A stretch of 64,000 nt of DNA, from NCBI GenBank assembly GCA_026770705.1, contig JANJGN010000014.1, forward strand, positions 113,026,001 to 113,090,000, in the 5' to 3' direction. Positions 36,495-48,659 of this stretch are shown here, piece by piece. Under the pieces are notes generated by a model, which made no database searches, was not told where the DNA came from, and saw nothing but the letters and a program-made list of their open reading frames with translations. How positions within the stretch are numbered: the stretch's first letter is position 1; the number at the start of each line of letters is the position of its first letter. Source of the DNA: Isurus oxyrinchus (Eukaryota). Both the position numbers and the translations under genes were made by a program.

Positions 36495-39400
36495 AAATTC
36501 AGATGCATGGCACCAGAATTTGGCAGAGCATGCCTGAGAGGGTGTATGGCCTATTCCTCCTATTTCTTATGTTTTGGGCACTATGACTGGTCATAAAGCT
36601 GCAGAATGGCATCTGTGGCACCCCTTGTGCTATGAGTCTTGCCGGACCATATTTGATGAGGGCATTATTGTGCACACAGTGAGAGTCCACCAGCTGAATG
36701 AAGTCTGGGCAGCCAGCGCTGCCATTTTGGTGCTCAATGTACCAGCTAACATCATTTGTACACACATTTAGCAGCAGGTGAGATTGCTATCAGTGCTATT
36801 TAAATAGATCATCAGCAATTTACAGATTTAGTTGCTGCTTGATTTTTACTGGCAGTTGCTATGTTGTACAATCCGTTGCTGATTTGTCGAGGACTTCAAA
36901 GTTGCTAAAGTCTTCAGGGAGTAATACGACAGGTGCTGAATGGCTTGATTATGATTTCAAGGCTTTTGCACAAACCACTTGCCCTAAGACATGGGTATAA
37001 TAATTTACATTCTCCTTAAATTGACTGGGAGAATGAGCTGTGGGCACAAAGAGCAGTGGAAGCTACTACAAAACAGGAAAGAAGCAGGGGGAGAAGGGCT
37101 CTCAGCTGGATACCATAACAGCTCAGTGTGGTCAGGGGACAAATTCTCTTACCTGAACTTCAATGAGGAATAGTGACATCTTTGCTTCACTGAGGAGGTC
37201 TTTACTAAAAACTGCCATCTGTTGTAGCCTTAACTACGTTGGCTACAGAATGTGCCTGTTAAAGAAGTCTTTGCTGTCTACAGTATATAAGTGGGGGAGT
37301 TGATGGTGTAGTGGTATTGTCACTGGACTGGTAATCCAGAGACCCAGGGTAATGCTCTGGGGACCTGGGTATGAATCCTATCCATGGCAGATGGTGGAAT
37401 TTGCATTCAATATAAAAACCTGGAATTAGAAGTCTAATGTTGGCCATGGCCTGAATTTTGCCCTCCTCTGGCGGGCTTGGAGGCAGCAGGCAGGGCAGTC
37501 GGGAAGTCGACATCCGCCTGCAAACAGATCCGCACCACCTAGCATAGAACGTGTGGGCAGGGGAAAGAGGGAGAGCAGGGCTGGCACGCAGTTCACACAT
37601 GCATTCAAAAGAACGCTTCAATCTCCCAGAGGCACGGAGCTGCCTCAGGGAGATTGAAGCGCTTTTTAAAAAAATTAAAAAGTGCGATAAAAATTGAATG
37701 AAACATGTCAAAATAAAGGTTTTATTGAATTAGTATTAACTTTCGGAAACCTCATCCCTCTAGTGCATGAGGTTTTCTAAAAAATATAAATAGGTCTTTC
37801 AATTATCGGCAGATGTGCGCCCACCGAACAAAGTATGGAGCGAGTGCGCGATGATGTTGGGATGCACGCCTGATGTCATCGCGCGTCATATAACGTTCCA
37901 GCATGTCAGGCACGCGCCTGCACACTGAAGGTAAATTGTCAATTGTCATAAATACCCATCTGGTTCACTAATGTCCTTTAAGGAAGGAAATCTGCTGTTC
38001 TTACTTGGTCTGGCCTACGTGTGGCTCCAGACTCACAGCAATGTAGTTGGCTCTTAAAATGTCCTCTGAACAAGGACATTTAGGGATGAGTAATAAATCT
38101 GGCCGAGCCAGTGATGCCCACATTCCGTGAATGAATAAAAGGAAAGGAAGTCTTTATCAACTTCTTCTAACTATGTATAAATGTACAGGCATATCTCCAT
38201 CTCCACGTCTTAACACATCTCTAGCCAACACCACTCTAGCACAGTTGCAAGGTTCACACCCACATCTCACAAACTTGCACATACTGCTGGCCATTCAACA
38301 ATGATAAGCATATCACCCAAACAGATTACACCACACTTACTTTTGCACTTCCTTCTCTTGTGCAGAATAAGTTGGTGCACAACTGGCAATTAGATGCTAA
38401 CTGGCATGGGACAGGCTTGACAGTGTGCCCATACCTCCATGGAGGAGATAGTGTTAGCCATCAGTAGAGTGGCCCTTGATCAGTGGTCCTTGGACTGGCC
38501 CTTGATGGTTAGCCCAGGGACTGAAATCATTGAAGATGATACCTAAACTTTCTTCTCACATCCCACGTCTCTCTCATCCTACAATCTCATCTGATTTAGA
38601 ATGGTGTAAGGATGAACCTCTTACATTCCCCACCCCTCTCCTCACCACAGTCCTACCCTTGTGTTTTTCTCCTTTCAGATACCGAAGACACACACTGACC
38701 CTAGCTCTGGGTTATGTGCTTTCTTACATTACTGTTTGGGTGGTACTGTGCTCAGTCCCACATTTACCCTGTATATACCAGACCCTCATACTGTAAACTA
38801 CAACCTCAGAGCAAGATGAGGACCTCATTATCAGTGACTATGACTGTCTCCATGGTCATGAAACTTTTCAATGTTACATAAAGAAGGTCATTGAAGCTCT
38901 CTGATAGCCATGGTATTACATGTGTGACACCATAGACATTTGGCATGATGAACCAATGCTGGACCCTCTGGAGGAGAGCCATAGCACTTGACAGGGCATA
39001 TGCTCAGATTTGTGGTGGTTTGCTGTACACTGCATAACCTTAACCAAGAGGGCACAGCCCTCGCCACCAGACATATGGTGAGCCGTTTAGGAACAGGAGG
39101 AAGTTGAGAAAGAAGAGAAAGATTTGGAAGCAGAAAATGGAGAGGAATGGAGGAGGCAGGCAAGCAACTTCTTTCTGGGCTTATTCAACTTATTCAACTG
39201 CAATACCAGTAAATACAACTTAAACTCAACATCCATCAACAGTCCTCCAATTCAAAATCTTCCTTCTGCTATTGATCATCGCAGTGTCCATGGTCACAAA
39301 AATAAAAAGTACCAGACAATTAATATTTCAAACCAGATATATAAATCAAAGCAGGCCATATTGGATACAAGCATTAACTAATCACCCTGTGCATTCCCTT

Positions 39401-41390
39401 AGTGACTGCCTTCTGTGTGACTTTGTCTGTCCTAGTGCTCCTGTGCAGTGACTCCTTAATGGTGACAGCATGGCTGGTTGAAGACTGCTGACCTCCCATA
39501 GAGGCAGCTACAGATACAGGCTTTGGAGGACTACCTCGAGCAGTTCCAGCTGGACCAAGAAAGCCCGGTCTCCGACTGCACAATCTCCGCATAAGTAGCA
39601 GCAGTCTGGGTTGCCTGGCTGATAGGCAACAGCAAGAGCACTGGCCGAGTGGCAGAGTTGCAAGGACAAATGCTGATATGCTAAGAGAGAACAGTAGGCC
39701 CTTGTTCCACAAAGCCACTGTCACTCTCCAAGGGTGGCACTTCAGTAATCCTAGTAATCTGTTTGAGGACTGACTGCTGCACTGCTGTGACACACTGTAA
39801 ATCCCTTTGAACACACGTTCCGTAGCCATTGTAGCAGCATGATGGAAGTCTGAGCTTACACTGCAGCACCCAGACTTTGGGTCATGTTGCAATTGAAAAC
39901 AAGCCATCAACCATCAAATGCTGCATCGTGGTTAGGTCCAAATGTATGCTAATGGAGTTGGAAACCACTTTCATGCTGGAAAGGATGAGCTCAAAGCTTT
40001 ACTAAAAACCCTGTGTCAAGTTGGTGCCAGTCTCCTCTGTAGTCCCTGACATTTCACACAGGCTTTCTGATCTGTCAATGCACCAAGCATTTCATTGTGT
40101 ATACTAAGCAGTCTTCTTCAGTACAGTGCCCCAGCAATGCACTCATCTGAGTCTTCTACAGTAGAACTCATTTATGACATTGCCCTCATGGAGCTTTCAA
40201 ATATGCTTCCCTTGCCCCCTGCAGGCCACTCATGCCCAGTGTCTCACTAAAAGGCAAATCCCGCTTCTACTCTATCCATGCGCAATGTCAGGATCTGAGC
40301 AGATGGCCATGTGTAAAATCAGGTGACAGTGTCTCTTCATCAGCACTGTCTTCTTCCTCTACCGCCTATTTCTCTTCCATCACTGACTGGCCAGGTTGCA
40401 GTTCTTGGGTATCTAAAAGGAGAAAAACACAAGGGTAGGACTGTGGTGAGGAGAGGGGTGGGGAACGTAAGAGATGCATGCTTACGCCATTCTAAATCAG
40501 ATGAGATTGTGGGATGAGAGGGAAGTGGGATCTGAGAAGAAAGTTTAGGTATGAGAATATCATCTTCAATGGTTTCAGTCCCTGGGCTGACCATCAAGGG
40601 CCAGACCAAGGACCACTGATCAAGGGCCACTCTACTGATGGCTAGCACTATCTCCTCCATGGAGGTATGGGCACACTGTCAAGCCTATCCCATGCCAGTT
40701 AGCATCTAATTGCCAGTTGTGCACCAACTTATTCTGCACAAGAGAGGGATGTGCGAAAGTAAGTGTGGTGTAATCTGTTTGGGCGATGTGCCTATCATTG
40801 TTGTTGTGCAAGTTTGTGAGATGTCGGTGTGAACCTTGCAACTGTGCTAAATTTGTTCGGAAGAGATGAATGAATGATAGTTTTGTGTCCTGATTGATAG
40901 AGATTGATAGGTGAGTGGTGGGAGTGTGGTAAATTAACCATTGCTGATGCTAGTGGTACTGTTGTTGGGATATTGTATTTGAAGATGCATTCACTGATGT
41001 TGACTGCTCGTGTGTGGTCATTGAACTTTCTGAATTATCCATTTACTTGAGGCTTGATGCTTGGCTTCAACCTTCACAGTTTTCTGGTCCCACTGCATTC
41101 TGAGAAATTGCCTGTTAGGCCTGCTGTGTCCCTGTGAAAAGAACAAATCATTCCTCCACTGTACTGCTTTGCCTAAGCCTAAAGCGCCTTGTCGGAAAAT
41201 ATCAATGTCCACCTTGTAGCATTTTGTGCCATTCTTGTGTCAAAATCAGCTACAGAATGATTTCCAGCACTTGCTTCAGCCACGAAGCATCTCCCCTTTA
41301 AGAAGTACAAGGTGGCTTTAAGTAATGCTGGCTACTTAATATATTGCGAGCTTCTCATGATTCCGAGTCTCCTATTTAGTCTTGCAGCGA
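36495..41390. mobile_element. Decayed Harbinger element: transposase start on + (36990-37230) and convergent Myb/SANT gene on - (39380-41231)
   Basis: KFSYLNFNEE..L.FTEEV; minus-strand MAQNATRWTLIFSDKAL..RPNRQFLRMQW..KFND. Boundaries are approximate. Confidence 0.6.
37294..38140 (+). mobile_element. tRNA-derived SINE (LINE-mobilised), split by a MITE at 37448-37940
   Basis: A box tggtgtagtgg; anticodon arm ctgga-ctggtaa-tccag; B box ggtatgaatcc; 3' tail aataaat.ctggcc.agccag..cccacat.ccgtgaatgaataaaa shared with the LINE at 41395. Confidence 0.85.
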
Positions 41391-41394
41391 TGTG

Positions 41395-44300
41395 TTTTTT
41401 AAATTCATTCACGGGATTTGGGCTTTGCTGGCTGGGCCAGCATTTATTGCCTATCCATAGTTGCCCTTGAGAAGGTGGTGGTGAACTGCCTTCTTGAACT
41501 GCTGCAGTCCACGTGATGTAGGTACATCCACAGTGATGTAAGGAAGGGAGTTCCAGGATTTTGACCCAGCGACAGTGAAGGAATGGCAATATATTTCCAA
41601 ATCAGGATGGTAAATGACTTGTCTCTATCTGCTGCCCTTGTCCTTCTAGATCGTAGTGGCCATGAGTTTGGAAGGTGCTGTCGAAGGAGCCTTGGTGAAT
41701 TCCTGCAGTGCATCTTATAGATGGTATACACTGCTGCTACTGTGCGTCGGTGGTGGAGGGAGTGAATATATGTGGATGTGGTGCCAAACAAGCGGGCTGC
41801 TTTGTCCTGGATGGTGTCAAGCTTCTTGAGTGTTGTGGGAGCTGCACTCATCCAAGCAAGTGGGGAGTATTCCATCACATTCCTGACTTGTGTCCTGTAG
41901 ATAGTGGACAAGCTTTGGGGAGTCAGGAAGTGAGTTATTCATTGCACAATTCCTAACCTCTGACCTGCTCTTGTAGCCACTGTATTTATATGGCTAGTCC
42001 AGTTCAGTTTCTGGTCAATGGTAGTCCCAGGGATGTTGATAGTCAGGGATTTAGTGATTGTGATGCCATTTATCATCAAGGGGTGATTGTTGAATTCTCT
42101 CTTGTTGGAGATGGTCATTGCCTGACACTTGTGTGGCACGAATGTTACGTGCCACTTGTCAGCCCAAGCCTGGATATTGTCCAGGTCTTGCTGCATTTGG
42201 ACATGGACTGCTTCAGCATCTGAGGAGTCGTGAATGGTGCTGAACATTGTGCAATCATCAGCAAACATCCCCACTTCTGACCTTATGGTGGAAGGAAGGT
42301 CATTGATGGGGCAACTGAAGATGGTTGTGCCGTGGACAAAATTCTGAGGAACGCCTGCAGTGATATCCTGGAGCTAAGATGACTGACCTCCAAAAACCAC
42401 AACCATCTTTCTTTGTGCTAGGTATGTCTCCAACCAGTGGAGAGTTACCCCCGCTCCCATTGACTCCAGTTTTGCTAGGGCTCCTTGATGCCTACTCAGT
42501 CAAATGAGGCCTTTATTTCAAGGGCAGTCACTCTCACCTCACCTTGGAAGTTTAGTTATTTTGTCCATGTTTGAACCAAGGCTGTAATGAGGTCAGGAGC
42601 TGAGTGGCCCTGGCGGAACCCAAGCTGGCCATCAGTGAGCAGGTTATTGCTAAGCAAGTACCACTTAATAGCACTGTTGATGACCCCTTCCGTTACTTTA
42701 CTGATAATCGAGAGTAGACCGATGGGACGGTAATTAGCCAGGTTAGATTTATCCTGCTTTTTGTGGACAGAACATATCTGGGCAATTTTCCGCATAGCCA
42801 GATAGATACAGTGTTGTAGCTGTACTGGAACAGCTTGGATAGGGGCGCAACAAGTTCTGGGCCACAAGCCTTCAGTACTATTGCCAGAATATTGTCAGGT
42901 CCCATACCTTTGCAGTATCCAGTGCTTTCAGCCATTTCTTGATATCACGTGGAGTGAATTGAATTGGCTGAAGACTGGCATCTGTGATGCTGGGGACCTC
43001 CAGAGGGGGCCAAGATGGATCATCCACACAGCACTTCTAGCTGAAGATTGTAGCAAATGCTTCAGCCTTACTTTTTGCACTGACGTGCCTGGTTCCTTCA
43101 TCAGTGAGGATGGGGAAATTTGTGGAGCCTCCTCTCCCAGTAAGTTTTATCCACCACCATTGATGACTAGATGTGGCAGGATTGCAGAGCTTAGATCTGG
43201 TCCGTTGCTTGTGGGATCGCTTAGCCCTGTCTATCACTTGCTGCTTATGCTGTTTGGCATGCAAGTTGTCCTGTGTTATATCTTCACCAGGTTGACACCT
43301 CATTATTAGGTATGCCTGGTGCTGCTCCTGGCATGCCCACTTGCGCTCTTCATTGAACCAAGTTTTCTCCCCTGGCTTGATGGTAATGATAGAGTGGGGG
43401 ATATGCTGGGCCGTGAGATTACAGATTTTGCCTGAGTAAAATTCAGATGCTGTTGATGGCCCACAGACCCTCACGGATGCCTAGTCTTGAGTTGCTAGAT
43501 CTTTTCAAAATCTGTCCCATTTAGCAAAATGGTAGTGCCACACAACATGATGGAGGGTATCCTCAATGTGAAGGCAGGACCTTGTCTCCACAACAGCTGT
43601 GTTGTGATCACTCCCACTGATGCTGTCATGGACAGATGCCTCTGTGGCGGACAGGTTGGTAAGGATGAGGTCAAATATGTTTTTCCCTCTTGTTGGTTTC
43701 CTCACCACCTGCTGCAGACCTAGTCTAGCAGCTATGTCCTTTAGGGCTCGGTCCGCTTGGTCAGTAATGGTGCTACCGAGCCTCTTTTGGTGATCAACAT
43801 TGAGGTCCCGAACCAGAGTACATTCTGTGCCCTTGCCACTCTCAGTGCTTCCTCCATGTTGTGTTCAACATGGAGGAACATTGATTCATCAGCTGAGGAA
43901 GGGCAGTACTTGGTAATCAGCAGGAGATTTCCTTGCCCATGTTTGGGCTGGTGCCATGAGTCTTCATGAGGGAGCGAATGTTTGTGGATGTGGTGCCATT
44001 CAAGCAGACTGCTTTGTCCTGGATGGAGTCCAGCTTCTTCAGTGTTCTGGCAGCTGGACTCATCCAGGCAAGTGGGGAGTATTCCATCACACTCCTGATT
44101 TGTGCCTTGTAGATGGTGAACAGGATCTGGAGAGTCAGGAGGTGAGTTACTCATCGCACAGTTCCTAGCTTCTGACCTGTGCTGCCACCTCTGCTGGGCC
44201 TGTCCTGCCGATGGGATGGTGATAATGGTGTCTGGGACATTATCTGTAAGGTATGATTCTGTGAGAATGTTATGTCAGGCTTTTGCTTGACTGGTCTTTG

Positions 44301-44685
44301 AGACAGCTCTCCCAATTTTGGCACTTGCCCCCAGGTGTTAATAAGGACGACTTTGCAGGGTCGACAGGGCTGAGATTTCCATTGTCATTCTCGATGCCTT
44401 GGTCGATGCCAAGTGGTCTGTCCGGTTTCATTCTTTAATTTGTGACTTTGTAGCGGTTTGTTACAACTGAGTGGCTTGCTGGGCCATTTCAGAGGGCAGT
44501 TAAGAGTCAGGGTCTGGAGTCATGTGTCGGCCAACAATCAACAATGGTTCCAGGGTCATCATTAGACTTTTAATTCGAGATTCTATTGATTTCTAATTCC
44601 ACCATCTGCCGTGGTATCCCTGGAGCATTATCCTAAATCTCAGGATTACTAGTCCAGTGACAATACCACTACGCCATTGCCTCCC
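41395..44685 (-). mobile_element. Near full-length single-ORF CR1/L2-group LINE (APE + RT) with a tRNA-derived 5' head
   Basis: EN KSSLLN..PKLGELS..PDITILTESYL, PTRGKNIFDLILTN..SDHN; RT GPDNI, NYRPIGLLSIISK, QLGFRQGHSAPDL, GMFADDCT; 3' tail; tRNA head at 44610-44685. Confidence 0.85.
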
Positions 44686-45178
44686 TTTGCTACAACCATG
44701 TAAAGGATCAGGCAGCACAAAGTTGGTGTGGTGCCTTCATTGGAAGCAATGGGTTCAGTGTCATCCTCGAGCTTACTTTCATGGGTTATCTAACCTAGCC
44801 CAAACATTTTTAAACCTGCAGGTTTTGTCTCTCTCAAAGCATTGCCACTCAGGGCATTGTGAGGATGCTTTCAATGTCCCTTGCTCAATTTCAGTGACAC
44901 TGCTCAGCAAATGTATGCAAATATCCTTAAATCCACGATTTTGTCCAGAGACAAAGGACCATGATCTTGGCAGGTGGAAATGCTGATCCACTGGAGATGA
45001 ATCACAATCAAAGCAAGTAGGAAGCATTAGGCCATTGTGGTCAAAGTGAACAATTTAGCATATAAACACTGAAATCAACTTAGTTTCACTGCAAAATTTA
45101 AGGACTTGAAACAGTCCTTCTTCGCACACCTCAATTTTCCAAATACAGTTGTTTTTTCACAATAGAAGTTATAACTTA

Positions 45179-45307
45179 GGGCGGGATTTTCTGCACCCGC
45201 CCGCTGTCGTGATCTTCCAGTTCCGCTGCAAGTCAATGGGCTTCTGGCTGGGGCGCCACCTCACCCACAACGTGTCCCACCCGCAACGGGGCCGAAAAAT
45301 CCCAGCC
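45179..45307. mobile_element. 129-bp Harbinger-type MITE
   Basis: TIR gggcgggatttt / aaaatcccagcc; TSD TTA at 45176-45178 and 45308-45310. Confidence 0.85.
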
Positions 45308-48300
45308 TTAATATCAGTTTTGTCATCTGAAATAAATGGAGCCGTAAGAAGGACAATAACTGCATGTCACTTATCACATTTTTTCTCTTTATTTCTGCAT
45401 GCTGCAACCCCTTTCATTTACAGTCCATATAAAACCCATTGCAGGGAAAAATCTGATTGTCAAAAAAAATTCAGATGCAACCTCATAAGGTTCATTCGCT
45501 ATTTAATTTGCCGCCACCACCTTCTCAAGGGCATTTAAGTATGGCCAATAAGTGCTGGCCTAGCCAGAAACATCCACATCCTGCGAAAGAATAAATAAAA
45601 ATGAGAGAATGAGATATTCCTGGCAATTATAGCAGTTATAATTGTGCTTTTTTTGATGATCTGTGTTTATAATTTTGAAGTCCCTTGCTTACTATTTACC
45701 TGAAAAACATGCCTTGTTGTTTTTCTTAAGTTAACAGATGGTAGTTTCTTTCTAAGTTGCCTGTTTTTTCAAAAGCTGTAGATATTAAAGAAAATTTTGT
45801 TCAATTTGAAATCCTTATGGTTCTCAGGTGCAACCTCATGCCAGTCAACACCAACCATCTTTAGCCTGGAGAACAAAGAACCACATAGAATCACATTGCA
45901 CAGAATGACACCCATGACCCATTGTGTCTATCCCAGCATTGAAACAGCTATCCACATAGTCCCTTGCCACCAACCTTGCTCTTGCCCATCACCCTGTAAT
46001 TGCTTTTCCTTTTAAAGTCCAATTTCCATATGCGAGGGAATTATTAACATTCCCTTCACAACATTTCTTCAGACAGCGATCTCTTGCCACCTACACAGTT
46101 ATGTTCATCCTGGAGGTAAAATTACGTAGTTGCTTTTAAGATGTCATCCCTAAACGTGTCAAAATAGGTCAGGCTATTGCCTGGATGCCTAGAAAAAGAC
46201 TTATGAATTGCTTGCACAAAGAGCTAAGATAATTAGAGAGATAAGATTAAGTGTCAATTGAGGCAAGAAGAGCAAGGAGAGAAAAATATAAATTCTGAAT
46301 ATTTCATTTTAGTTTTTACACCAAACTAAATGTTTTTGGGTTAAAGTCAGTGAGTGTATGCTAAAGAATACTGACTCACCACCATTTTTACATAGCTACA
46401 TTAATGCAGGCACTACACAATGAAATATTGGCATAGTTTCTGTCATAAAGAATATGTATACTTGTCTACCAAAATAGGTTTATGTGTAAATCTCAAGGAC
46501 AGCCCTTTTTATTCTCGGAATAATTAATACCAGGAGGGCTAATTTAATTCTGTTGTTCTAATGTAGCACAATGTCCCTCATTTATCAATGTATACCTTTT
46601 ATTTTTATGCCCAAAGGGAGATGCCACCAGCAATGTGAAAACTAGGTCATGCACAGTTGTGATAGCAACATCTGAGAAAGGTGATACAGTATTCCAATCA
46701 TTGTCATTTTATGACTGTCATTTCAGAAATCGTTTAGCTCTCAAACAACTAGAGAAACAGCTCCATCTTTATAATTAGGTTTCTTTATTTTCCTCATCCC
46801 ACTAGCTATTATTCTATCACTGGCGGTTAACCATTTGAAATAAATGGATTACTGCTGGTGTTAAATTAATGCTGCTTGAAAAATCCAGCCTTTAGTGTTC
46901 TCTAGTATTAAAAACTGCAGTTCTATGCAAAGCATTGCAGAATTTATGTTATAGTTCTAAAGCTAGTGGATGTTAATTTCTTCCTCCCAAGTTTTTTTTT
47001 CAAACATTATCTGCTATCACTGTTACTATGAAGCTTGTGTTAAGATCCATTTAATCTGTAATCCATAGGGTTCTCAGTGATTAATTCAACAGGATGTAAG
47101 ACATGTACGTTGTTTAAAACTATGGACTCTAGCACTAAGATAATTTGGATGTAAAAACAAACCCTTGAGCATGAAAATAATAATTGCTTTGGCAGTCAGG
47201 TTGCTCATTCAAAAAAAGTCACGATTCAATTTATTTGAAGTCTACTGTTCAAAAAGAAGCAATGATTTAGTTGGTTTACTTCATAAACTTTTACAGGTCT
47301 CAACAGTATAACTTTACAGATTTATTCGTCTTCATAGCTGAAGAATGACCAAGGGATTAGAGACAAAAAGCATTCAATTGTCTGCCTTTTTATACTATGT
47401 GCAAAGCTTAGAAAAATCCAACCTGTAATCCTATTGTAATATCAGCAAGAAAAAAAAATGCAGGTTTATCTGTGCAAATGTACCAAATAAAACTCAATAA
47501 AGTATTAATTGCTCTTCCATTTTCAACCTAATCCAAATTATATTGTCGAAATATAAGTTTCTTTTGTCTTAATGCATTTTAAATTGATTTTAAATCATAG
47601 CATGCAAAACTATTCTAAATACAGACTGTTCAGAAGCTGAGGCTTTAACTCCAACATAATCCAGATTTAAAGTTTCCACAGTGGCTCGATCCTCCAGGAT
47701 CCCACATCTGGAAAATATATTCTAAACTTCACAAAATAATAAACTTAATGGCTGACCTTCTCATTGAAGCCACAATATTTGACATAATTTTGAAACATAA
47801 CATTTAGCTGCTTATCTTAGTTTGCCATAACCCTTTGTCATTTAATTGAAGACGCATGCTTCCATTAATGTTGAGGGGTTTTTAGCTCCCAGTGTTTACT
47901 TCCCCAGACTATTCCCCACTTAAAGATAACTTATCCCTGAATCTCTGCACCACTTAAAACTGATAAACAGCCATGCCCTGCACTACAACTCAACAGGTCA
48001 ACTGAAGAATCTCAAAAACAGCTAGATGACTTTCTCTTTATGCAGTTTTCCTCCTCTCGGTATCTCCCGCGGGTGAGGTTGGGAACACAGTGGACTGGCG
48101 CGAGGGCATAATGGCCAATGTTGGAACAACAAGAGTTTGCATTTATCAAGAGTCTTTAAGTTGTAAAATGTCCCAACGTACTACACAGGTATGTACAGGC
48201 AAAAAAATTACACTGCACCAAAGAAGGAGATATCAATATCACATGCAACCCATGGGAAAAATAGGAATGGTGACTAAAAGTTTGGTCAAGGTACTGAGTT

Positions 48301-48444
48301 TTAGGGAGAGTCTTAAAGAAGAAGACGGAGCTTGAGAGCCAGAAACATTTAAGGAGGGAATTCCAGAGCTTTAGGCTTAAGTGGCTGAAGGCATGTGGGG
48401 CGAAGAGAATGGGGAATATGGAGGGGAACAGAGCTGGAGACATG

Positions 48445-48655
48445 AACAAAAACAAAAATAGCTGGAAAAAGTCAGCGGGTCTGACAGCATCTGTGGAGAG
48501 GAAGACAAGGTTAACGTTTCGAGTCCGTATGACTCTTCTTCAGAACTAAAGAAAAATAGAAAAGAGGTGAAATATCAGATGTTTGAAGGGGGTGGGGCAG
48601 ATGAAGCTGGATAGAGGGCCATTGATAGGTGGAGGCTAAGAAGAGATTGACAGTG
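48445..48655 (-). mobile_element. Single PLE terminus fragment with a canonical minimal hammerhead (48510-48547)
   Basis: Minus strand AGTT-CTGAAGA-AGAGTC-ATACG-GACTC-GAAA-CGTT-AAC; flanks homologous to 655-760. Confidence 0.8.
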
Positions 48656-48659
48656 ATGG

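Noticed and set aside
44610-44685. tRNA-Thr gene (also at 37294-37385)
   Set aside because: No acceptor stem pairing, expanded variable region and damaged or deleted B box; these are retroelement heads.
45797-46015. Cys-rich 72-aa ORF after a ttctcag acceptor
   Set aside because: Most of it matches a decayed antisense CR1 3' end (catagaatc..cagctatcc..tagtccc).
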